Positions 29,500 through 39,726 of a stretch of 64,000 nucleotides of DNA are shown piece after piece (the stretch's first letter is position 1; each line of letters opens with the position of its first letter). Under the pieces are notes generated by a model. It had not been told where the DNA came from and did not search any database. It saw nothing but the letters and a program-made list of their open reading frames with translations. A program made the translations under genes and the position numbers. The DNA is from an uncultured Brevinematales bacterium (lineage in GTDB: Bacteria; Spirochaetota; Brevinematia; Brevinematales; JAOACQ01): positions 5,238 through 69,237 of the forward strand of contig CAZHNM010000014.1 in NCBI GenBank assembly GCA_964533855.1. Reading direction: 5' to 3'.

Positions 29500-31242
29500 A
29501 TGGATGAACTGATCCTGAAGAGAATAGATGAATGGCAGGGGGAGGAATATGACGAAGCCACCCGAAGGGAAATTTCAGGTCTTGTTATAAAAAAAGACGA
29601 AAGGGAACTTACGGACCGCTTCTATGCCGAACTGGAATTCGGTACGGCGGGACTCCGGGGCACTCTCGGGGCCGGGTCCAACAGGATGAATATATACGTG
29701 GTTAGAAAAGCGACGCAGGGCCTGGCCAATTATATCCTCAAACAAGGCCCGGGGATTTCCGGCAGGGGTGTTCTTGTAGGAAGGGATTCGAGGATAATGT
29801 CCGACGCTTTTGCCATGGAAACAGCCTCCGTATTGATCGCAAACGGAATAAGGGTCTATTATTACGAAGATATCCACCCCACCCCGACTGTTTCTTTCGG
29901 AGTAAGGCGCCTCAATGCCATTTCCGGAGTTATGATAACCGCCTCGCATAATCCCAAGGAATATAACGGCTACAAGGTCGTATGGGAGGACGGAGCACAG
30001 ATAACTCCTCCCCATGATTCTGAAATAATAAAAGAGGTCCGCGCAATAAGCTCCCTTAAACAGGTAAAGCACATAGACGCCTCCGAAATCAGGAAAAACC
30101 CTCTATTCTCGATAGCTGACGGTTTAGTTGACGGCGACTACCTTAGCAAAGTAAAATCGCTTTCCATCCACCCTGAAATTATCCAGTCCTCAGGGGTAAA
30201 GATATGTTATTCCCCCCTTTATGGAACAGGCTACAGGCTAGTCCCTGAAAGCCTTAAAAATTTCGGCTTTAAAAACATCGAGATAGTAAAAGAACAGGCT
30301 GTTCCTGACGGCAATTTTCCGACAGCTCCCTACCCCAATCCCGAAGAACCCGAGGCCATGGCTGTCGGAATGAAGTATGCTAAGGAAAGCGGGGCTGATG
30401 TTTTCATCGCCACCGATCCGGATGCGGACAGGCTGGGCGTTATGCTTAAAAAGGAAAAAGGGGATTATGTCCTCCTTAACGGCAATCAGATCGCCACTCT
30501 GCTCGGATTCTATATAATGTCCGAATTGTATGAAACCGGAAAAATGCCGTCAAATCCCAGGATAATAAAGACCATCGTTACCACAGACACGCTTCCGGCA
30601 ATAGCGAAGACATATGGAATAGAAACTGACGAGGTCCTTACCGGATTCAAATGGATAGGCGCTAAATTAAAAGAGTATGAAAAATCCGGCTATAATTACG
30701 TTTTCGGCGGAGAAGAAAGCCATGGATATTCAGCCGGCACTTTTGTCAGGGATAAAGACGCAGTTATTTCCGGTTCTATGTTCGCCGAACTTGTCGCCTT
30801 TTATCTTTCGAAGGGCTTATCGGCATACAGGGTTCTCGAAAACATTTACGAGAGGTTCGGATTTTTCTCGGAATCACAGCAATCAGTTACGCTCAAGGGC
30901 CGGGACGGAGCAATGCAGATAAAGGCTCTTATGGAAAAGCTGCGCAAAACACCGCCAGAAAAAATCTCAAGGTACAAAGTACTTGAGGTGATCGACCTTG
31001 AAAGCTATAAAAACGGCAAATGGCAGCTTCCTAAATCGGATGTTGTAATATTGAAGCTCTCCGATAATGCCAAAGTTATTGCACGCCCTTCGGGCACGGA
31101 GCCTAAGATCAAGTTCTACTTCACAACATTCGGAAAACTTACCGGGGGCAGCAAGGACATAAATGGTCTGATGGAAACCGTCAAGGCCGCTCATGAAGAG
31201 CTCAAGGCAGGGTTCCTTACAGACATGGGCCTCCGGGCCTGA
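29500..31242 (+). CDS. pgm: Phosphoglucomutase/phosphomannomutase
   Basis: FGTAGLRG, TASHNP, DPDADR, GEESHG, RPSGTEPKIK. Confidence 0.93.
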   Translation: MDELILKRIDEWQGEEYDEATRREISGLVIKKDERELTDRFYAELEFGTAGLRGTLGAGSNRMNIYVVRKATQGLANYILKQGPGISGRGVLVGRDSRIMSDAFAMETASVLIANGIRVYYYEDIHPTPTVSFGVRRLNAISGVMITASHNPKEYNGYKVVWEDGAQITPPHDSEIIKEVRAISSLKQVKHIDASEIRKNPLFSIADGLVDGDYLSKVKSLSIHPEIIQSSGVKICYSPLYGTGYRLVPESLKNFGFKNIEIVKEQAVPDGNFPTAPYPNPEEPEAMAVGMKYAKESGADVFIATDPDADRLGVMLKKEKGDYVLLNGNQIATLLGFYIMSELYETGKMPSNPRIIKTIVTTDTLPAIAKTYGIETDEVLTGFKWIGAKLKEYEKSGYNYVFGGEESHGYSAGTFVRDKDAVISGSMFAELVAFYLSKGLSAYRVLENIYERFGFFSESQQSVTLKGRDGAMQIKALMEKLRKTPPEKISRYKVLEVIDLESYKNGKWQLPKSDVVILKLSDNAKVIARPSGTEPKIKFYFTTFGKLTGGSKDINGLMETVKAAHEELKAGFLTDMGLRA

Positions 31243-31255
31243 CCTGGTACGGCCT

Positions 31256-32563
31256 TTATCTCTCCTTTACCGTCAGAAATTCCCTGTCGCCTTCGCCGGT
31301 ATATATCTGGCGAGGGCGCATGAGTTTCTGTTCCGGATCGGATTTCATCTCGAGCCAGTGAGCTATCCAGCCGGGAAGCCGCCCTATGGCGAACATCACT
31401 GTAAACATATTTATAGGGATGCCCATTGCCCTGTAGACTATGCCTGTGTAATAATCGACATTAGGATAAAGGTTCTTTTCCTGGAAATAGCTGTCATTCA
31501 GGGCCCTTTCTTCGAGCTCCATGGCTATATCGAGAAGCGGATCATGCTTCATGCCGAGATAATCAAGGTATTTCCTGCATGCGGCCTTGGCTATCTTCGC
31601 GCGCGGATCGTAGGTCTTATATATCCTGTGCCCGAACCCCATGAGCCTCACCTTTGAATCCTTTCTCTTAGCCTGCTCGATTACCTGCTCAGGCTTCAAT
31701 CCGCCCTTATAGATGTTTTCAAGCATTTCTATCACTTCCTGGTTGGCGCCCCCATGAAGAGGGCCCCATAGCGCGCAAATGCCGGCGGCAATCGAGGCAT
31801 AAAGGTTGGCGCCCGAACTGCCCACAGTCCTGACAACGGTCGTTGAACAATTCTGCTCATGGTCGGCATGGAGGATTAAAAACATATTCAGGACATGCTC
31901 GGTGACTTCGTCAAGCTTATATGTCTTGACAGGCGAAGTGAACATCATATTCAGAAAATTCTCGCAGTAGCTGTATTTATAGCTCGGGTAAACGAAGGGT
32001 TCTCCTATCGATTTTTTGTATGAAAACGCGGCAATCGTCCTCATTTTCGAAAGGAGCCTGGTCACTGTAATATCGATAGATTCCTCGCCCGGTTCCTTTT
32101 CGAGTTCGGGATAAAACGTAGAAAGTGAAACGACCATGGCCGACAGGACAGCCATCGGGTGCGCCCTTTCCGGGTAATTCTGGAAAAACCTCAGCATATC
32201 TTCATGGAGGAGCGAGTGATTGTTCATCAGCTTGGAAAAATTTTTCCTTTCTTCGATATTCGGAAGTTTTCCTAATATCAGCAGGTATGCGACTTCGAGA
32301 AAGGAGCAATTTTCGGCGAGCTCTTCAATGCTGAAGCCCCTGTGCCGGAGTATGCCCTTCTCCCCGTCAACATATGTTATATCGCTTGTAGTAATACCCG
32401 TATTTCCGAGCCCGGGATCATATGTTATATACCCGGTTTCCTTCCGCAGAGATGTGATATCCATTGTTTTTTCATACCTGGAACCCTCGAACAGGGGCAG
32501 GTTATAGGAATTCTCGCCTATTTTAAGTTCTGCGGTGCCTTCGAATTTCATACGTTCTATCAT
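31256..32563 (-). CDS. gltA: Citrate synthase
   Basis: TYDPG, DGEKGILRHRG, HADHEQNCST, GPLHGGAN, GFGHRIYK, YPNVDYY, RPRQIY. Confidence 0.96.
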   Translation of the reverse strand: MIERMKFEGTAELKIGENSYNLPLFEGSRYEKTMDITSLRKETGYITYDPGLGNTGITTSDITYVDGEKGILRHRGFSIEELAENCSFLEVAYLLILGKLPNIEERKNFSKLMNNHSLLHEDMLRFFQNYPERAHPMAVLSAMVVSLSTFYPELEKEPGEESIDITVTRLLSKMRTIAAFSYKKSIGEPFVYPSYKYSYCENFLNMMFTSPVKTYKLDEVTEHVLNMFLILHADHEQNCSTTVVRTVGSSGANLYASIAAGICALWGPLHGGANQEVIEMLENIYKGGLKPEQVIEQAKRKDSKVRLMGFGHRIYKTYDPRAKIAKAACRKYLDYLGMKHDPLLDIAMELEERALNDSYFQEKNLYPNVDYYTGIVYRAMGIPINMFTVMFAIGRLPGWIAHWLEMKSDPEQKLMRPRQIYTGEGDREFLTVKER

Positions 32564-32648
32564 GTTAATACCCTTTCTTTAAAATCGGCTATAAGACATG
32601 ATTCTAAAGTATAAGATAAAAAAATACAACGATAGATTGCCGAATAAG

Positions 32649-33542
32649 TTATTCAGGAATAATTAAATTACGTAGCAGTTCATCGGCAGAAACAGGAGGC
32701 TTTCCTGTTGCAATCCTTACTGTATCGGAGACTTTAACGTCAAATAATCTGAACATATCACAGTAGCCGACGATTTGCTCCGCTGATTGCAAGGGCATGC
32801 CATTCGAAACCAATCCTTCTATCACCCTCCCGCCGGGCTGGATCTGGACCTCCATATTTCTTTCATGAAATCCGGCCCAGCGCCGGGCCAGATCATCAAG
32901 ACCGAGAGATTCCGGACCGGTCACATCCGCGGCGCCGTTAATCAAAGCCTTGCCGGTCAATACGGAAACAGCCGTACGGGCATAATCCTCATGTGAAACC
33001 CAGCATGGTTTGCCTGATCCTTCAGGAATCAGTATCTTTTCTCCCGTCCTTAAAGCGTTAAGAAAGTATGGTATTCCATCCATCCAGATATTCATATTAA
33101 GCACGGTCCATTCCCGGCCGGACCTGGCGAGAGCATCCATGATTTTCTCCTGGCCTCTTGTCCATGGATTATCGTCATCCGCATTCGAGGCCTTCGATAA
33201 AGAAAAATAAGTGCTCGTGATATGCCTGACCCCGGCATTTACAGCCGCTTTTATAGCATCCATGTGATGAGCGGAGCGCAACTCCATCGGATATTCGTTT
33301 GTACTGATAATCAGAATCCTCGTGGCTCCTGAAAACGCCCCCTCCAATGACCGCGTATCGCTGAAATCCGCTCTTCTGACTGTTACTCCTTGAGCGGTAA
33401 AATCAGAGAGAAGTTCCGGCCGGCGTGTTGTCGCCAGGATTTTTCCCGCCGGAACCAGGTCCAGAATATATGAGAGTGCCAGCCTTCCAAGATGGCCGCC
33501 TGCTCCGGTCAGGGCATAAACATGTCCATTATTATTTTCCAT
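32649..33542 (-). CDS. NmrA-like / atypical SDR NAD(P)H-binding protein (YtfG/QOR2-like)
   Basis: TGAGGHLG, VRRADF, HMDAIKAAVNAGVRHI, GPESLGLDDLA. Confidence 0.85.
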   Translation of the reverse strand: MENNNGHVYALTGAGGHLGRLALSYILDLVPAGKILATTRRPELLSDFTAQGVTVRRADFSDTRSLEGAFSGATRILIISTNEYPMELRSAHHMDAIKAAVNAGVRHITSTYFSLSKASNADDDNPWTRGQEKIMDALARSGREWTVLNMNIWMDGIPYFLNALRTGEKILIPEGSGKPCWVSHEDYARTAVSVLTGKALINGAADVTGPESLGLDDLARRWAGFHERNMEVQIQPGGRVIEGLVSNGMPLQSAEQIVGYCDMFRLFDVKVSDTVRIATGKPPVSADELLRNLIIPE

Positions 33543-33571
33543 CTAACATCCTCCTTTTTTCCGGCAGAGAC

Positions 33572-33603
33572 ATTATACACCCTGTAGTATGGAACAGTGT
33601 CAA
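33572..33603 (-). promoter_or_regulatory. MerR-type long-spacer promoter of the NmrA-like gene
   Basis: TTGACA (33603-33598), 20 bp, TATAAT (33577-33572), with dyad CTGT-N8-ACAG in the spacer. Confidence 0.8.
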
Positions 33604-33628
33604 GCGTTTTTTTAAGAAAGGATAGATT

Positions 33629-33979
33629 TTATTTTGCAGGATCGATATACTCGATAAGAAGCTTCTTAAGGCTTTTTAATTCATTGATTTGTTTATCAAT
33701 ATCTTTAATTTTATCTCGGAATAAAATTTCAAAATCGTTACTGTCTAATTTCATGTTTTCAGCCTTATCGATCATAATCTTTATTTCTCTAAGAGAAAAT
33801 CCGTATTTTTTAGCGCCTAAAATATGTTTGATTTTATTGGCATCTTCTTCGGTATAAACCCTGTACCCGTTGCTCGCCCTTGCGGGAGGCTTGATTAATT
33901 CCATCTTTTCATAATATCTTAATGTCTCAATCCCGATTCCCGCTTCTTTTGCAAGGCTCTTTCTTGTGTAATTCATCAC
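33629..33979 (-). CDS. MerR-family transcriptional regulator (no Cys)
   Basis: LAKEAGIGIETLRYYEKMELI..NGYRVY..GFSLREIK. Confidence 0.92.
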   Translation of the reverse strand: MMNYTRKSLAKEAGIGIETLRYYEKMELIKPPARASNGYRVYTEEDANKIKHILGAKKYGFSLREIKIMIDKAENMKLDSNDFEILFRDKIKDIDKQINELKSLKKLLIEYIDPAK

Positions 33980-34147
33980 AGCCGCCCCGTTTATAATATT
34001 TTAAATTATCAATGCCAAAAAGTAAATAATGGAGAACAGTATTCGCAATTCAAACGATGGCCCCTGACAAATTCTTGATGTTCTTTTGATTTCTTGACTT
34101 TTAGTTTCCGCCTATTACAATTAATAAAGACTGGCTAGGAGGGAATT

Positions 34148-34711
34148 ATGGCGGATGGTTTTACCGGCGGCCCCGCTCTTGATGCGGATGAAATTCTTGA
34201 CGGTGAAAAACGGAAATACGGGTACGGCGAAAAAGGTCCGGATTCATATGAAGAAAGGGAGTATATTTTACCCGATGACTACGGCGGGACGAAAATAACG
34301 CTTCTTGTCCAGAATCCCAACTGGGTATTCGTCATGTGGGAATTCGGAGCGGAAACAAAGGCCAGGATAAATAGCATTAACAGCACGGCAGATGCCGCCG
34401 CCGCTAAAGGTCTTTGCGTAAGAATGTATTATGCGGATACAGACAGGTATTTTGACACTGAGATCAAGCTCGGAGCCAGGAGCTGGTATATTCATGTTCC
34501 TGAAACTAACCGCCCTTATTATGCTGAAATCGGCGTTATGGATAATGATAACCGTTTTACAGCAATAGCCCGTTCAAACGCGGTCGTCACTCCGGCCGAC
34601 TCTGCGGCAGGCAGCGGACCTGACGGTAAACCGGCCGATCCGGAGCTTTTTAATATGTCGGGAGGCGAGTGGGTGGGGAAAACGCCGGGATCTCTTCCCG
34701 GCGGTAAGTAA
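34148..34711 (+). CDS. DUF4912 domain protein
   Basis: LPDDYG.TKITLLVQNPNWVFVMWE, SWYIHVP, YYAEIG, IARSN.V.TP. Confidence 0.8.
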   Translation: MADGFTGGPALDADEILDGEKRKYGYGEKGPDSYEEREYILPDDYGGTKITLLVQNPNWVFVMWEFGAETKARINSINSTADAAAAKGLCVRMYYADTDRYFDTEIKLGARSWYIHVPETNRPYYAEIGVMDNDNRFTAIARSNAVVTPADSAAGSGPDGKPADPELFNMSGGEWVGKTPGSLPGGK

Positions 34712-34782
34712 TGGATTAAGATTTGAAAACCCCGCCGGTGTTAAGCGATACCCAATAAAGATAAAGACGGTAAAACTTTAAA

Positions 34783-35271
34783 ATGATCCATGTTATTTAC
34801 AATGACGGAAAAGTTTATGAAAGCGTTTTGACGGATTGCCTGTCAGAATTCCTTGATGAAATTCTGTCCGATTTCAAAAAGGGCGGATTCGAAGTCAATC
34901 TTGTGCTTTGTTCCGACAGGTATATTCATACGATAAACAAGCAATACAGGAATAAAGACTGCCCGACCGATGTCCTGTCATTTTCCATGCAGGAAGATGA
35001 AGGAGAGGATTTTTTTGAAGCTGGTTCAGAAGATATGGATGGATTTGAAGAACCTGAAATCCTCGGCGACATTATTATTTCCACGGAACGTTCCGAAAAG
35101 CAGGCCGTTGAATACGGAGTCACAGCCGAAGAAGAATTAGCGCGTCTTGCAATTCATGGCATGCTCCACCTGCTTGGTTTCGACCATGAGAAGTCCGATG
35201 AAGACGAGAAAATAATGTTCGAAGAACAGGATAAATACCTTGATAAATTCCTGCAGAGTTATTCACATTGA
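34783..35271 (+). CDS. ybeY: rRNA maturation RNase YbeY
   Basis: INKQYRNKDCPTDVLSF, LGDIII, HGMLHLLGFDH. Confidence 0.95.
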   Translation: MIHVIYNDGKVYESVLTDCLSEFLDEILSDFKKGGFEVNLVLCSDRYIHTINKQYRNKDCPTDVLSFSMQEDEGEDFFEAGSEDMDGFEEPEILGDIIISTERSEKQAVEYGVTAEEELARLAIHGMLHLLGFDHEKSDEDEKIMFEEQDKYLDKFLQSYSH

Positions 35272-35288
35272 TTAAATGGAAGGTGATT

Positions 35289-35486
35289 ATGACCATACTG
35301 ATCGGAGGCATGTCTTGCGGCCATTGCGTCAAGGCTGTGGAAAAAGCTCTGAAAGACCTGAAGGTCCTTAATAACATCCATGTCGAGAACGGGAAGGCGA
35401 CTTTCGATGCGCCCGCAGGTTATGATACAGGCCGGATAAGGGCTGCCATCGAAGATAAAGGATATGAACTTATAGGAATCGAGTAA
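35289..35486 (+). CDS. CopZ-like heavy-metal-associated domain protein
   Basis: GMSCGHC motif; likely ATG at 35289 after GGAAGG. Confidence 0.88.
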   Translation: MTILIGGMSCGHCVKAVEKALKDLKVLNNIHVENGKATFDAPAGYDTGRIRAAIEDKGYELIGIE

Positions 35487-35487
35487 A

Positions 35488-36951
35488 CTATTCCCCTTTC
35501 AGAAGCAGCGAAAGATTATTCATATCGTTCGTGAAGACGGAATGCGGATATCTCCTGTCGATCGATTTTATCCAGTCATTAAGCGCAACATAGCTCTTGT
35601 ATCTCATGACAGAGGGGTATATTTTTGCAAGGTCCTTATAATCAACATTTACGGCCGCTCCTTTCTTAAGGATTTTCGCGATTACGATATAACCGTCAGT
35701 ATAGAAGGTTTTGCTTACGGACATAGGAGCCGACGTAAAAAGGAAATCGGCAAGGTCTTTATTATCCAGGACTGGCAGAACCTTATCCCCCTTTTCATCC
35801 GTTAAAGAAGAATTAAGAGGCGAAATCTTGTCGGAATGAAGGTAGCTTAGACCTGAAACTTCAGAAGCCCTTTTAAAATCCTGGGAGGATTTCAGCGAAT
35901 CTTCAGCTTTCGCGACAGCTTCCTTGATAGTCCCATCGTATTTAGTTCTTAAATCGTCATATTTGTTATTGATAAGATCCATTTCGACCGCCTTTCGGTC
36001 TTCCGGTTTTAAATCCGCAAAAGGCTGATAGCCGGCAAGCATAACTACATGGTATTCCCTGTTCTCAAAAACAGGTTTCGGAGTAATCCCGCCGGCCTTC
36101 AGTTTCAGAGCGGCGGTAAACCGTGTCAGGGATCCATGGACATCGCTGATTTTTTCGGAATTTATATAGTTTGCGCCGGAGGCCTTGTACTTTTCAACGG
36201 TTTTATCCCAGCCGAGAGTCTGCGCGTCACGGGTCATGTTGAAGGCGCTGAGTTTCGAAGTAGTGCTAAGCTCGTTTATTGTAAGCTCTTTAATATATTT
36301 GCTGAAGTTGCTCTCATAATAATCTTTAATGTCATCTGATGTAAGCTTGCTTACAATAAAATTAGTGACATCGATATATAGGAAATCCGCAGAATGGTTG
36401 AAATTTTCCATTTCAGAAAATGAATAAAGCTCGGCATATGTCGGAAGGCCGGCAATATTAAGAATATCCCCGTTATTGCCCTCTACGGCGTCAACATCAT
36501 AGCGCATTTCGGCAAAATCAAGGAGTCCCTGGTCGGGAGCCTTGTTAAGCTGGCTCCTTGTGATTATTTCTATATTTCTTGTTACAGCTTCCCTGGAAGG
36601 GGTTATACCTATTGTTTTAGCAAACTGGTGAATGGAACCTGACTGAACCATCAGGTCGACGCTTTTGCTTAAGACATAATTATTGAGCTGTGCAGGATCG
36701 AGCTGGCCCTTGAGGGAATCGGAGTAGCCTTTCTTCAGCCATGAGTACAGGTAATAATAAGGAGCGTTGGGTTCATAAGAGTATATCTGGCCGCCTACTT
36801 TGACAACCCTGTAACCCTGTATGTTTTGACGGCTGCTCCATGGAGAGTAAGCAAGGCTTACGATGAAACATCCTATAAGGACAATAATGAAAAACCATAC
36901 AACGCCTTTCTTGATTATCTCTCTTACTTCTTTACCTTTCTTAGTGCTCAT
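35488..36951 (-). CDS. SurA/PpiD-like membrane-anchored periplasmic chaperone
   Basis: N-terminal TM, VVKVGG then helical SurA_N-like region, degenerate parvulin-like segments (KPVFENREYHVV, SKTFYTDGYIVIAK). Confidence 0.6.
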   Translation of the reverse strand: MSTKKGKEVREIIKKGVVWFFIIVLIGCFIVSLAYSPWSSRQNIQGYRVVKVGGQIYSYEPNAPYYYLYSWLKKGYSDSLKGQLDPAQLNNYVLSKSVDLMVQSGSIHQFAKTIGITPSREAVTRNIEIITRSQLNKAPDQGLLDFAEMRYDVDAVEGNNGDILNIAGLPTYAELYSFSEMENFNHSADFLYIDVTNFIVSKLTSDDIKDYYESNFSKYIKELTINELSTTSKLSAFNMTRDAQTLGWDKTVEKYKASGANYINSEKISDVHGSLTRFTAALKLKAGGITPKPVFENREYHVVMLAGYQPFADLKPEDRKAVEMDLINNKYDDLRTKYDGTIKEAVAKAEDSLKSSQDFKRASEVSGLSYLHSDKISPLNSSLTDEKGDKVLPVLDNKDLADFLFTSAPMSVSKTFYTDGYIVIAKILKKGAAVNVDYKDLAKIYPSVMRYKSYVALNDWIKSIDRRYPHSVFTNDMNNLSLLLKGE

Positions 36952-37020
36952 ATTTTCTCCTTAGTGCCGCTTACGAAGTTAGCGGCTCTTAGTGCGCCGC
37001 TATAAGCGGCGCCTTCCAGC

Positions 37021-37596
37021 TTACCATTTTGATCTTTCCGGCCGCATGGCGGCTATTTTAATAAATTCTTCAGTCCAGGTTTCTATTTCAGATAACACTA
37101 TGTCTATTTTTGCCGCTATGTAGTTATAACCTGCTATTGACGGAATAGCCACACACAGTCCGAAAGCCGATGAAATAAGGGCCCGGTTGATATTAACCGG
37201 AACCATGAGACCGAGCACGGATCCAAGAAGCCCCAACAGGGTAGCTATGCTCGAAACTGTCGCAAGTACATGGACCAACCTGTTAATGCCGGGCAGCTGG
37301 TTTCTCGCGGCCGATTCCATCGCCTGATCTATCGCCCCGGACGGGCTGCCTGAAACTTCCACTCCGGCTTTTATTATCGCCGAAGCCGGGCCGGGGTAAT
37401 TATCACACTCTGCGGCGGCCTTATCGGCCTGGAACGGTCCCGCTTTTCGGATGCTTTCCAGGATCGCCCTTCCGCAGAAAAGAAAATTCCTCAGGTACAT
37501 ATAACGTTCAATAAAAACGGCAAAACCCAGTACAGAAATAAAAAGTATTAAATACATTATGGGCCCGCCCTGAATGAAATAATCAGTCAAGGTCAT
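37021..37596 (-). CDS. MotA/TolQ/ExbB proton channel family protein
   Basis: GGPIMYLI, ATLLGLLGSVLG, ALISSAFGL.VAIP. Confidence 0.85.
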   Translation of the reverse strand: MTLTDYFIQGGPIMYLILFISVLGFAVFIERYMYLRNFLFCGRAILESIRKAGPFQADKAAAECDNYPGPASAIIKAGVEVSGSPSGAIDQAMESAARNQLPGINRLVHVLATVSSIATLLGLLGSVLGLMVPVNINRALISSAFGLCVAIPSIAGYNYIAAKIDIVLSEIETWTEEFIKIAAMRPERSKW

Positions 37597-37627
37597 AAAT
37601 TAATTATAAGACACGTTGCGATATTTG

Positions 37628-39667
37628 TCATTTTATTGTGATATTGCTGTAGGCGTCTGTCAGCATATTGTATTTCATACCCATATTCCAGAATGTATAC
37701 CCGAGGTCTATAGCGTCCTGCACGCCGTTTATTTCACCGGCAATATATTTAGGACCGTAATATTTCCTGTCGAATTGCCCGAAAAGCTTAAATGCCTGGA
37801 CATATGGCCTTATTACGAGTTCCTTTTTACCGATAAAATAATTCCTGAGCGTCCCGAAATAGTAAATCCTGTAGGGCCTGTCCTCGACCGGGTCGCAGTA
37901 CTGGAAATCCTCAGAAAAGTGCGATGGGTAAAACATCGGGCAGATAACATCAACATATTTTCTTAATGTTTCAACATCCTGGCCTGTTCTGGCATCCGTC
38001 CTGTAATATCCGTTAGCCCCGTATATATCGATCGAGATCGGGCAATTTAAATTTTTCCTTGCATAGTAAAGGAAGGAGAGGATCGCGCTTTCCTTATCCA
38101 TATCCTTTTCCCTGAAGCCGAACATGGCGTCGTCCAGGTTCAAGCCGTCGGTCGGGAACCTCACGTAATCGAATTGAATCTCGTCGAATCCACGTTCTAT
38201 CAGTTCCTTCGCTATGGCGACATTGTATTCCCAGACTTTTTCACTGTAGGGGTCAACCCACCATTCTTTAATATTTTTTACTATACCGTCTCTTCCTATC
38301 TTTGTACCCTGCCAGGGCTTTCCATGAGCGCTTCTCGATTTCACAGCATATAAGTTATTGCTGTAGCTGTATAAAATACTATCTTTGAAAAGGACCAGTC
38401 TCGCCGTAAGGTAGATCTTCTTTTCTTTCATGAAAGGAATGAATGTATCGAGGTCGAGGGGATTGACAACCCGTGCTATCCCGGCTGTTAGATTCGACAG
38501 GGGCTTGAACCTGAGATATCCCGAATCGTCCTTCATATCGACAGTGATCATATTTAAAGAATTCTGAGCCATAAAATCAGTAAGTTTTTCCAGCCTGTTT
38601 TTGTCTTTCAGGGCTGTCGCCTGCACATAAAGCCCTCTTTTCTGTGATGCAAGCACGTAATTGGGCCGCGCCGGCGGCAGTGATGCAAGCCAGAGGCCTG
38701 AAAAATGGAACTCTTCTCCATTATCATCATAGCCGCAGATCGTCAGGATAGACTGGCCGGTCTTTGTCTCAAGCGCGCTTATCAGCTCATTTGCCTTGTC
38801 AAGTTCGACGGATTTATCGGCTGTATTATACCGCATTATACCCATCCGGTTGGCAAAGTAAAAATAAGGCCCTTTTTTCACAAGACCCTCTATCATATCG
38901 AAATCTTTCTGAAAATGCTCGATTACAGACCAGGAATTGGATTTAGCGGACCACTCATACAGGATCGGGGTGAAATTATTGGCGGCATATATATTGAAAT
39001 TGCTTACACTCTTTTCAACTGCAATTCCGGAAACTTCCTCGAAAGTCTTTGAAAAAGTGGATAGCCCGGAATTCATTTTTTTCCATGACGAATCTTTACC
39101 AAGTGTATAAGAGAAAAATCCCTGGAAGGAATGGCCGAGTAATACGGTTATATTTGATGATGAAACTATTGCTAACGATTTAATAGTCGAATAAGGCACA
39201 GGCCCCTGGATAGAAAACCATGATTTTGCGCCGTTTGTAGAAATGAAAACTTTATCCTTGCTGCAGGTCACCAGGTTTAACGGATTGGACAGGTCCGATG
39301 CTATGTCTTTCAGGTCATCTGTAATATTTGTGAATGATTTTTCATTCTCATTAATGACTTTAATGGTTTTATAAGTAATGCCTTCGTTCCTGTCCTCAAA
39401 ACTCCTCCCATCGCCTGAAAAAAATATACCCTCGGAGGTCAGGACAAAGAATCCGTAGGGAACTGCAATGATCTTTTTGATTTCCGGAGGATTGCCCCCG
39501 CCATTCCAGACTAAAACGGGATCACCATGGCAATCCCAGGCATATAGCCCCTGGGATGTTCCTGCGAGGAGAAATGATCTCTTTTCCAGGGCAAAAACTG
39601 CCGAACAGGCGCAGAACATCAAAACACCGAAAAACAAAACCGCTGCTGATGTAAAATGTTTATTCAT
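37628..39667 (-). CDS. Putative glycoside hydrolase (DUF4015-like) with N-terminal beta-propeller
   Basis: VDMKDDSG, ARLVLFKD, WVDPYSEKVWEYN..IA, GFDEIQFDYVRFP, IDIYG, PMFYPSHF. Confidence 0.75.
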   Translation of the reverse strand: MNKHFTSAAVLFFGVLMFCACSAVFALEKRSFLLAGTSQGLYAWDCHGDPVLVWNGGGNPPEIKKIIAVPYGFFVLTSEGIFFSGDGRSFEDRNEGITYKTIKVINENEKSFTNITDDLKDIASDLSNPLNLVTCSKDKVFISTNGAKSWFSIQGPVPYSTIKSLAIVSSSNITVLLGHSFQGFFSYTLGKDSSWKKMNSGLSTFSKTFEEVSGIAVEKSVSNFNIYAANNFTPILYEWSAKSNSWSVIEHFQKDFDMIEGLVKKGPYFYFANRMGIMRYNTADKSVELDKANELISALETKTGQSILTICGYDDNGEEFHFSGLWLASLPPARPNYVLASQKRGLYVQATALKDKNRLEKLTDFMAQNSLNMITVDMKDDSGYLRFKPLSNLTAGIARVVNPLDLDTFIPFMKEKKIYLTARLVLFKDSILYSYSNNLYAVKSRSAHGKPWQGTKIGRDGIVKNIKEWWVDPYSEKVWEYNVAIAKELIERGFDEIQFDYVRFPTDGLNLDDAMFGFREKDMDKESAILSFLYYARKNLNCPISIDIYGANGYYRTDARTGQDVETLRKYVDVICPMFYPSHFSEDFQYCDPVEDRPYRIYYFGTLRNYFIGKKELVIRPYVQAFKLFGQFDRKYYGPKYIAGEINGVQDAIDLGYTFWNMGMKYNMLTDAYSNITIK

Positions 39668-39726
39668 ACTCCCTCTTGATTCAAAGGAGTAGATTTTAAA
39701 TCAACAGGCTTTAAATATCAATAATT

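Noticed and set aside
36940-36995. CIRCE (HrcA) element
   Set aside because: CTTAGTGC repeats do not match TTAGCACTC-N9-GAGTGCTAA
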